Source: a virus (Duplodnaviria > Caudoviricetes). Taken from it: 30,277 nucleotides of DNA. This document shows positions 25,001 through 30,277 of the stretch, one piece after another. Location of the stretch: positions 1-30,277 of the IMG/VR virus record IMGVR_UViG_3300031951_000845; one strand, 5' to 3'. Below the pieces are notes generated by a model. That model was not told the origin of the DNA. It saw only the letters and a list, made by a program, of their open reading frames with translations, and made no database searches. Made by a program: the position numbers and the translations under genes. Each line of letters starts with the position of its first letter. The stretch's first letter is position 1.

Positions 25001-25096
25001 TGGAACAGTGTCATCTACCAACTCAAGACTGGTTCTCCAGAGTTTGAGGACTTCTACAACCGCTTCCTACAAAACGACCCAGTGACACTCGGATAG
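19028..25096 (+). CDS. 2022-aa internal virion/ejection protein with inserted ART-like and SAM-lyase-like domains
   Basis: Uninterrupted ORF in the morphogenesis block with a helical scaffold (W..SVLLRLGYTIRN, FIMPFFNAW); enzyme-like inserts at about aa 732-1117. Confidence 0.75.
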   Translation: MNFLDSLGKAAEKIQSNGFAKDIGLPTLMFDVASIASNDKNWVGDAFNIAASSFRSSVLAASYPIRKTAGAAFNKVLLPTAQLSYQVGGRYLREPLSAALLTAATGDVKKSWENRDEISAGQALAYLGDRMTFGAAPFIPQDFDIFNPNDRKIFQEDWTLRTLTGAYDTFFTTVTDPLGKIGKAAGLAKKALVTRPLGMADANMKTLAREFFVPKSIRSTTIMSPQTLAKGINEGREEGGELYNTLSWFAKSDQIAVRTHPMVAASTDADTLSYLLGQAKSVDEVADTLLAVSVRDTEAMARLVQTRKQMSFVFDKLKDTPRTQKQALDNIPTNGIVEDANVLAAADDLLATLGEDPYFKALSTFDDRAADLSKRTFGTPVFEKMAINRAERRAARLKDFDRPTSFPTVGYFQPTKYHPLVAVVNFGVKKVGDGFAEKPAGYVNLNDSDSFTEIAAFGNLLRRVVGNGARETIQRHLEDYIKSGGTPELRARVVESFEDESIALINRRLGVSDEAGAAIWAAYKQRRNTARQTIKDRKFLMTEDDLILKIPYLERQGANALPMVDLENYARVIEKNKGFVDSLAGGLDINDPDSWRYTTGILNDMWKASVLLRLGYTIRNVSEGALSILAKGYGLMALSDLNKEGFGAWYTNRVRGLERLADKRLVAQGLREDSVKLRQAFAEKQQEFMASERLYDEIKDYLPAVERLYRQGKLTEDQYREVVEVFQYATGEWLYHGSTAPLTGLDNARAFAMTYSEDIANRYAEAGMPVISASEIYRRMTGRAYPMPKNLRTREGERLTPKREPSLSMQTIAADMREGFQRSTDNGNTVEMLNTQTGQWRAINPETVSQESLLSRQFRVRKPGNQGVVMGRKVYGQTVDLRLINGNQSRIGLNDYPELKTILEIDSAAKWRGRAGWEGKENRLLDWMRANGVGKLVLPDNKANGRATILVDPDMVEAFGKNPVVSLAEKRINAVKNQQTLLGEESRIASIIERTVQQGGGTFRFAESMDGDVPTQGVSVAVRGATHSFSLEDARTNPQAWIDSMASHFEKNLEKFGTADHFGTWVEDIDGVPHIWAEPVNVVMDRKKAVLLGSERNQKGVFDVGKGEFISTGGTGDEGASAAFALGQGTKANFGYVSRGAAGVRQRTRREGFRERVDELSAAIASKQYPLDGIVNIIREIADGQAFVRKDMQQLMARLDARIVEEARIGGPKAIQGTGRRVETLYDGTKVEIDDAFGGELGQILLDRTDNTQSYRNFVDYPSQLFSAQYGNFAEETLTPNMPQYYTGYANSLNTFFRSPDGRIDPLIEMFINGSKPEDVVRWLRKPENKAYAQRFNIDTPGIKVQSERLNVSIDAEEFVGDLYSAYNRYLPDAQIQEAFRAGIIDEQWLRRHFADEPAMPDIIGRIVPTSPQARNWQDAMAKVVDRAFYFLGSLPETTIARHPLARQIYRADIKQRLNTALATKRVNDPKAELTLDEINAVRKVTIESTRREINKTLFTIIRKSYAGEKMRFIMPFFNAWENTIRRWGGLAGDNPAVIARAGQIVSSLRNQPNVVDQNGNPTTEFSYDNKIVVPMSEGALSAVSKIPVYGKGMAQALRAAGTEVRIPVRSLDILFQGEAIAGFGPVVTMPVNEIVKLKPDLEDIVTSSVLPILPFGPQEGTIQQLFPPAAQKLVSLVGQDEAWSRTFNTVYRYELIRFNLGDRDTMPTLEEVRELANNMYRVKMLSNLVMPFAAQYDSPLSFYTTQFRKLQQTYGADAEVLFLQMYPEMGPALVSASYNPTGAQASQKAYQNIQKYSSLISKVGQQTPEMIGFLVNDPEGKYDFSEAVYAWQYGNAPVPGSTENYRARRNPAELKKDANVKVGWIEFRKKMNMLDSQLYAQGYQSYSESGAEEFNTLRQMMIADITTRNKDWAADYYSVDRGKWIYRMESLKTMLSDRKWMADNAQRPVVSSIAIYLNTRTQIARELANRKAYGGASTLTAKENEDLDGYWNSVIYQLKTGSPEFEDFYNRFLQNDPVTLG
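22377..22550 (+). CDS. Nested out-of-frame 57-aa gene inside the 2022-aa gene (candidate)
   Basis: GGAGG at 22364-22368, 8 nt before ATG; MKEQAQRLHWVKAPKPISDMSPEERQAFARELAEKALENALMN...; +1 frame. Confidence 0.6.
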   Translation: MKEQAQRLHWVKAPKPISDMSPEERQAFARELAEKALENALMNSRQPLPPSNTLSTE

Positions 25097-25100
25097 GACT

Positions 25101-26294
25101 ATGGCAACTAAAGCAGAGATAAGGCAAAAGATTCGGGCTAAGTATCCCGACTTGCCAGATAGCGACCTTCGTGATGCTGTGGATTACTTCATAGCCAATC
25201 CAGAGCAGTTCAACCCCAGAGACATTGTTTTGCCAGTAAGCAGAACCGTCCTTGAAGGTGGCGTTGTTTCTGGTGGCAAGGCTGCTTACGCTGGAGCAAA
25301 AGCAGGTCTAAAAGCAGCAAAAGATGTTGCCAAAACTTATGTTCCGAGGACTAAAACCGGCAAAGTATCTAAGGGCAAGATTTTTCTCGGAGGAAGTGCT
25401 CTTGGTGTTGCAGGTCTTATGCTTGGTGGCGGAGATGAAGATAACACCGCGCAAGAAGAAGCCTTGGCAGCACAGGCGCAAAACGACATGATGATGCAAC
25501 TTGCCATGGCTCAGGCTCAAGGTATTGATGTCGAAAGCCTAGTAAGCCAGCCACTCGGACAAGCACTTCTCTCAAGCAGTGGTATTGATGCCAAACTACT
25601 TACCGGAGCAGCAGGTATCGTCCCAACCGCTGGCGGTGTTTACACGGGTAAGCCAGTTACGGTTAGCGCATATCCAGCAGAGGGTGGCGGAAGACCATCG
25701 TTTACTACCACCGACACCGTATCCACCAAAGAGTGGTCAAATATGTTTCCCATTGGCGACCCAAAGAAACTGTCTGAGTGGAAGAACACGCTCGTCAAGT
25801 CTGGGGTTGTCTCTGCAAGCGCCGGTCTTACGGAATTACGCCAGCAGTGGGATGCCTGGGGCGAGTTGTCTCAGCAGATGAACCGCATGGGCAACAAGTT
25901 GACACCTAACCAACTCCTAGAAATCCAGCGTGGTCTATGGGGTGGAGGCGGAGCCGATAGGGGACCGTCCTACAGCACATCCTTGATAAAGACCGAAAAC
26001 GCTATGGCGATGTTCAAGCAGGGTGTTGAGAACCTTACGGGTCGAGTTATTGATGACACCGAGGCTGAGGAGTTTGCCAAGTTAGTCCGCAAGCGCCAAC
26101 TCAAGAAGCCAACCAAGACATCCGTACAGGTTGTCGATGGTAAGAGAGTTACTGTTACGGACCCAGGATTTGGCGAGGCAGAGGCTGCTGCTCTTGTTGA
26201 GAGGCGTGCTCAGAAGGACCCAATGTTCGCAGAGTTCCAGACATCCAATGTATTTGGCAGCGCACTTGAGAAGGCTTTGGGGGTTAGAGGCTAA
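25101..26294 (+). CDS. Probable internal virion (ejection) protein
   Basis: Gly/Ala-rich with a hydrophobic segment (IFLGGSALGVAGLMLGG); lies in the cluster after the giant protein. Confidence 0.6.
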   Translation: MATKAEIRQKIRAKYPDLPDSDLRDAVDYFIANPEQFNPRDIVLPVSRTVLEGGVVSGGKAAYAGAKAGLKAAKDVAKTYVPRTKTGKVSKGKIFLGGSALGVAGLMLGGGDEDNTAQEEALAAQAQNDMMMQLAMAQAQGIDVESLVSQPLGQALLSSSGIDAKLLTGAAGIVPTAGGVYTGKPVTVSAYPAEGGGRPSFTTTDTVSTKEWSNMFPIGDPKKLSEWKNTLVKSGVVSASAGLTELRQQWDAWGELSQQMNRMGNKLTPNQLLEIQRGLWGGGGADRGPSYSTSLIKTENAMAMFKQGVENLTGRVIDDTEAEEFAKLVRKRQLKKPTKTSVQVVDGKRVTVTDPGFGEAEAAALVERRAQKDPMFAEFQTSNVFGSALEKALGVRG

Positions 26295-27238
26295 TGGCAG
26301 ACCCATTTGATAAGGACCCGCTAGGCACAGGTAAGCCATCCATGACTACATGGATTGTCAACTTGCTCAAGAATGTCCCAGAACTCAAAAACATTTATGA
26401 CACCGTAAGGGACCCAAGCACCGGCAAGTTCTTGTATAACGCAGATGCCATTACGGATATGATTACCAGTAGCAGTTGGTATCTATCCAATGGACCAACC
26501 GTTGCAGGAAATATCGCAGCACGGTTCAAGTTTGGCGAGAAGTTCTACCAGCAAAAGGTAAACGAGTACAAGATAACCGTATCGGCTCTTGCTCGTGCCA
26601 TGGGTCTTGATGTTGCTGACCCAAGTATATCTGAGTACCTCAGCGGGCTTGCTGAAACCTCATTCCTCAATGGATGGGATGAAAACTACATTGAGAACAC
26701 CATCGTATCTAATGCAGATATTGTCGGTAAAATCTCCGGTGGAGCATACGCTAATCAGATTCTTGACCTCAACGAGTATGCAAACTTGATGGGCGTGAAG
26801 TTGAGCGACCAGACCAAGAGCAACTATCAGCGCCGACTTATCGGCGAGGTAGGTATTGATGGGCTTCGCAAGGCTGCATCTGTCGATGAACTCAAGAAGG
26901 AAATCGTCAACCAGCAGTCACTTCTCTACCCAATGTTTTCAGATGACTTTGCCGTAGGTCGAACCCTCTGGGATGTTACTTCCCTACAGCGCAAGAAGTG
27001 GGCAGACCTGCTTGAGGTAGATGAGGACACCCTTGACTGGGATGACCCGCTCTGGAAAGACGGCAAGATATTCACAATGATGGATGAGAAGAGCGGCAAG
27101 GTCGTAGCCCGTCCGGTATGGGATGCCGAGAAACTCGTCAAGAACGATGAGCGTTGGCAATATACGGAAAATGCTGCACGAACCTATGAGCAGTACGGTC
27201 TAAACATCCTTGGTCGCTTTGGATTGGTGGCACGCTAA
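26294..27238 (+). CDS. Probable internal virion protein
   Basis: TAATG coupling; C-terminal KNDERWQYTENA. Confidence 0.6.
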   Translation: MADPFDKDPLGTGKPSMTTWIVNLLKNVPELKNIYDTVRDPSTGKFLYNADAITDMITSSSWYLSNGPTVAGNIAARFKFGEKFYQQKVNEYKITVSALARAMGLDVADPSISEYLSGLAETSFLNGWDENYIENTIVSNADIVGKISGGAYANQILDLNEYANLMGVKLSDQTKSNYQRRLIGEVGIDGLRKAASVDELKKEIVNQQSLLYPMFSDDFAVGRTLWDVTSLQRKKWADLLEVDEDTLDWDDPLWKDGKIFTMMDEKSGKVVARPVWDAEKLVKNDERWQYTENAARTYEQYGLNILGRFGLVAR

Positions 27239-28510
27239 ATGGCTATGACTGCAGCGCAGTGGGCACGCTTTCAGGCTAGGTTGCCTGAGGAAGATAGAAT
27301 GTCTTACCAAGAGTATTTGGCATCCGTTGGAACTGCCCCGACTCCACAGGTTACCCCTCAGACTCCAGATTTGACTGCAACAGAAGAGCGCACATTTGGT
27401 ATTACAAACGCTCAACTCAACGCATTGCAAACGCCAGCAGTTACCGCTCCTACTACAACTACACCAGCAACATCTGCTGTTACAACTACACCAGCAACTT
27501 CTGCCGTAACAACCGGACCTGCTACCTCTGCGACAACTGGCGCTCCAGCCGGTACCGTCACAAAAGAGCAACTAGATGCTGCAATCAAGTCAGCATTGGC
27601 TACCCAAGCAACCGCATTTGCCAATCAACAGAGAGAAGCGGCAGCCCAGGCTTCGGCACAACGCGAGGCTGAGAGGCGTGCTGGAAAGCAGAAGGCTTCT
27701 GACCGGCTTGTTGCTCTCTTTACAACCTATGATTTAGGTAACCTTGCCCAGTTCATCGACAAGCAAATCATGAACGATGTCTCAGAAGACATGCTCATGC
27801 TTGAGATTTATGAGCGCCCTGAGTATAAGACTCGCTTTCCTGGTATGGCTGAACTGCGTAAGCAGGGTAAGGTAATCAGCGAAAAAGAGTACATGGGCAT
27901 TGAGAAGCAGATGGAGCAGACTGCCCGTTTCTTTGACTTGCCTAAGGGTTTCTACGATGGACCAGAAGATTTCGGTAATTTGATTGGCAAGCAAGTATCT
28001 GCCAAAGAGTTCCAGGACCGCCTCCAGGTAGGTCAAGACTTGTCCCGTAGCCTCAACCCTTATATCAAGGAATCCCTCAGCAGCCTCTACGGTGTTGGAG
28101 AAGGTGCGCTTACCGCCTATGTTCTTGACCCAGATAAGGCGCTTAGCCTTATTCAGAGGCAGGCTAAGGCTGCACAGTTCGTTGGCTATGCTCGTGAAGC
28201 AGGCTTTGGACTCTCCAGCATTACGCCAGAAGTTGCCACGGATATTGCAGGCACTGCGCCTTATGCAAGTCTTTCAGAGCAACAACTGCAGAAGTCTTTG
28301 CAGCAAGCAGGTCAACTCCGCAGGGAGCAGTCACGCTTGGCTGGCATCGAAGGCGAGCCTTACCGCGAGCAAGAAGCGCTTGATGCAGTTATCAGTGGAA
28401 GTTCAGAAGCCCTCCTCGCATCACAGCGTAGGGCACAGCGTGAGGTTGCTCGCTTCGGCGGTACCTCAGGTTTGACAGGAACTTCCCTTAGGTCCGCAGA
28501 CCTCATCTAA
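27239..28510 (+). CDS. Probable internal virion protein with Thr/Ala/Pro-rich repeat
   Basis: YKTRFPG..EKEYM..E motif; N-terminal low-complexity repeat. Confidence 0.6.
   Translation: MAMTAAQWARFQARLPEEDRMSYQEYLASVGTAPTPQVTPQTPDLTATEERTFGITNAQLNALQTPAVTAPTTTTPATSAVTTTPATSAVTTGPATSATTGAPAGTVTKEQLDAAIKSALATQATAFANQQREAAAQASAQREAERRAGKQKASDRLVALFTTYDLGNLAQFIDKQIMNDVSEDMLMLEIYERPEYKTRFPGMAELRKQGKVISEKEYMGIEKQMEQTARFFDLPKGFYDGPEDFGNLIGKQVSAKEFQDRLQVGQDLSRSLNPYIKESLSSLYGVGEGALTAYVLDPDKALSLIQRQAKAAQFVGYAREAGFGLSSITPEVATDIAGTAPYASLSEQQLQKSLQQAGQLRREQSRLAGIEGEPYREQEALDAVISGSSEALLASQRRAQREVARFGGTSGLTGTSLRSADLI
27452..27532 (+). repeat. About three copies of a 27-bp coding tandem repeat (TTTPATSAV)
   Basis: ACAACTACACCAGCAACATCTGCTGTT-like units in tandem; the third copy is diverged. 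Confidence 0.75.
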
Positions 28511-28517
28511 ACAGAAT

Positions 28518-28603
28518 CCCCACCCTGACCGACCAGCCCAGGGGGGCGTAGAAGTCTGGTAGCGATAGCCGTATGGGTTTCCCCGAACCTATGCGTGGAT
28601 TGC
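28518..28603 (+). ncRNA. Structured leader upstream of the scaffold gene (candidate pseudoknot plus long hairpin)
   Basis: CCCTG/CAGGG stem whose loop ACCAG pairs with CTGGT; CGTATGGGTT/AACCTATGCG hairpin. Confidence 0.5.
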
Positions 28604-28633
28604 GAATACAACCAACAAAAGGGAGATAGGTAG

Positions 28634-29080
28634 ATGGCTACCAACTATACATACGATGACGAAGATGACGACACCTCAACAGATGTTGTCGCTCAACTCC
28701 GCAAAGTAAATCGTGCGCTCGAAAAGCGTGCAAAAGAACTAGAGCAGGAGTTGTCAGGTCTGAAAACACAGACCCGTCAGCGTACTGTCAAGGAAGTGCT
28801 ACAGGCTAAAGGACTCAACCCAAAGATTGCAGCGTTTATCCCACAGGATATTGATGCTTCTGAGGAAGCAATCAACCAGTGGGTTAGCGAATATGGCGAT
28901 GTATTTGGTGCACCAGTTCCAGCCCAAGAAGAAGCAAGACCCGCTGCGGATGTCAGCGCCCACGCAAGAATCAATAATGTTGTGGCATCAGGTCAACCAC
29001 CAACGGTGGATGAAGATGCTATGGCAAAGGTTCTTGGGGCAAAGACCCGCGAGGACCTTGATGCACTCCTTGGTCTATAA
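28634..29080 (+). CDS. Capsid scaffolding protein
   Basis: Acidic N-terminus and coiled coil; lies immediately before the major capsid gene. Confidence 0.75.
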   Translation: MATNYTYDDEDDDTSTDVVAQLRKVNRALEKRAKELEQELSGLKTQTRQRTVKEVLQAKGLNPKIAAFIPQDIDASEEAINQWVSEYGDVFGAPVPAQEEARPAADVSAHARINNVVASGQPPTVDEDAMAKVLGAKTREDLDALLGL

Positions 29081-29118
29081 ACCAAACCCACATCAACCAA
29101 TCACCAGGAGGTGAACAC

Positions 29119-30277
29119 ATGGCATTTACCGACACAACGGCTCTCGCTGGTCTAGTCAAGACAGCGTATGACCGCTATGTTGAGTTTGCCCTCCGCGCTC
29201 AGCCGATGATTCGTGCAGTCGCGGACAAGAAGCCTGCACAGCAGGCTATGCCTGGTTCAAGCGTTGTATTCTCACTCTACAACGATTTGACCGCGGCTAC
29301 TTCTACCCTCGCTGAGACAACTGACCCAGATGCAGTAGCACTGCCAGATGTCTCCACCGTTTCCGTTACTCTCAATGAGTACGGCAACGCAGCGCTCGCA
29401 ACTCGTAAACTTGAGTTGTTCTCGCTCTCCGATGTTGACCCTGCAATCGCAGACATCATCGCCTTCAACATGGCTGACTCCCTCGATACTGTCGCTCAGA
29501 CAACTCTCGTTGGCGGAACCAATGTTCAGTACTCAGGCGCTACCGCAACCAGCACCGTGACTGTCACCGCAGCAGCGACTATCGACTCTGCAGACATCCG
29601 CAAGGTTGTTGCTAAGTTGCGCTCCAACAAGGCTGTCCCACGCATGGGTAGCCTCTACTGGGTTGGTATCCACCCAGAGGTATCGCATGACCTCCGTGCA
29701 GAGTCTGGCTCTGTCGGCTGGCGCGATACTCACTCACACACCGATGCCTCCCTTGGCAACCTCTTCGCAGGTACCATCGGAACATACGAGGGTGCTTTCT
29801 TCGTAGAGAACCCACGCATGTACTCGGCTAAGGATGGCGCTGACCAGTCCACACTTGCTACCACTCAGGTAACAGTTGCTGGTACTTCGGCTGGCTTCAC
29901 CATCGGCGTTGCTTCCACTTCTGTTATCGCTCAGCGAGCAGAGGTTGGCGACAAGATTTCGGGCACCAATCTCGCCTCTGGCGCAAAGATTGCTGCTATC
30001 GAAGTTGGCGCAACGACCACCACGCTTACGCTCTCTGCTGCCAACACTGGCGCAGTCAGCGCAACAACCGTTGTCACCGTCACTCCGGTTACTCGTGTCT
30101 TCCGCACCATCGTTGCTGGAAAGCAAGCGTTGGCTGAGGCTGTTGCACAAGAGCCAGGTGTGGTCATCGGACCAGTTACTGACCGCTTGATGCGCTTCCG
30201 CCCAATCGGGTGGTACGGCGTTCTCGGTTGGAGCCGTTACCGTGAGGCTGCTCTCTATCGTATTGAGTCAGGTTCCT
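29119..30277 (+). CDS. Major capsid protein (N4-gp56-like HK97 fold), 3'-truncated
   Basis: AGGAGGTG SD; MAFTDTT...VTLNEYGN...GIHPEVSHDLR...IGTYEG...DRLMRFRPIGWYG; open to the window end. Confidence 0.9.
   Translation, partial: MAFTDTTALAGLVKTAYDRYVEFALRAQPMIRAVADKKPAQQAMPGSSVVFSLYNDLTAATSTLAETTDPDAVALPDVSTVSVTLNEYGNAALATRKLELFSLSDVDPAIADIIAFNMADSLDTVAQTTLVGGTNVQYSGATATSTVTVTAAATIDSADIRKVVAKLRSNKAVPRMGSLYWVGIHPEVSHDLRAESGSVGWRDTHSHTDASLGNLFAGTIGTYEGAFFVENPRMYSAKDGADQSTLATTQVTVAGTSAGFTIGVASTSVIAQRAEVGDKISGTNLASGAKIAAIEVGATTTTLTLSAANTGAVSATTVVTVTPVTRVFRTIVAGKQALAEAVAQEPGVVIGPVTDRLMRFRPIGWYGVLGWSRYREAALYRIESGS

Larger units (their letters stand above)
237..27205. repeat. Dispersed 8-bp motif GTCTAAAC/GTTTAGAC (at least 31 copies)
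   Basis: Starts at 237, 1156, 3134, 4883, 5190, 5587, 5915, 6865, 7792, 7857, 8153, 8616, 9656, 10482, 10990, 11024, 11067, 11553, 12174, 12338, 12519, 12740, 12986, 13166, 13345, 13577, 14012, 14146, 16403, 21702, 27198. Confidence 0.9.

Overview
This window is part of a tailed dsDNA phage genome, with no integrase in view. It is probably a podovirus-like phage of Actinobacteria, inferred from WhiB, an Rpf/SLT-like transglycosylase and GACAC-containing promoters. Layout: end of a tail gene and a lysis cassette (1-1152). Two small leftward Zn-ribbon genes follow. A rightward replication/regulation operon (1778-8822) holds a Cas4/AddB-like nuclease, helicase-like ATPase, glycosyltransferase, resolvase, split primase, methyltransferase, sigma factor and dNMP kinase. 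A leftward early/host-interaction region (8875-13900) holds WhiB, SLT, DUF3846-like, many unannotated micro Zn-finger genes, a class II glutamine amidotransferase, an amidoligase and a SprT-like pseudo-protease. After a divergent non-coding region (13901-14655) comes the rightward morphogenesis block: terminase, portal, a 2022-aa internal virion protein, three more probable ejection proteins, scaffold and a truncated major capsid. Most notable: (1) the 2022-aa protein carries an ADP-ribosyltransferase-like domain and a SAM-lyase-like domain, and the latter is immediately followed by a fully nested out-of-frame 57-aa gene with its own GGAGG Shine-Dalgarno, a candidate effector/inhibitor pair hidden inside a structural gene; (2) the 8-mer GTCTAAAC occurs at least 31 times (about 1 expected), concentrated in the non-structural half; (3) a tRNA-like minihelix, a shared GACTGGA translation-initiation motif with a complementary terminator loop, and several candidate pseudoknotted leaders. 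All family calls come from motif recognition by eye; no searches were run.
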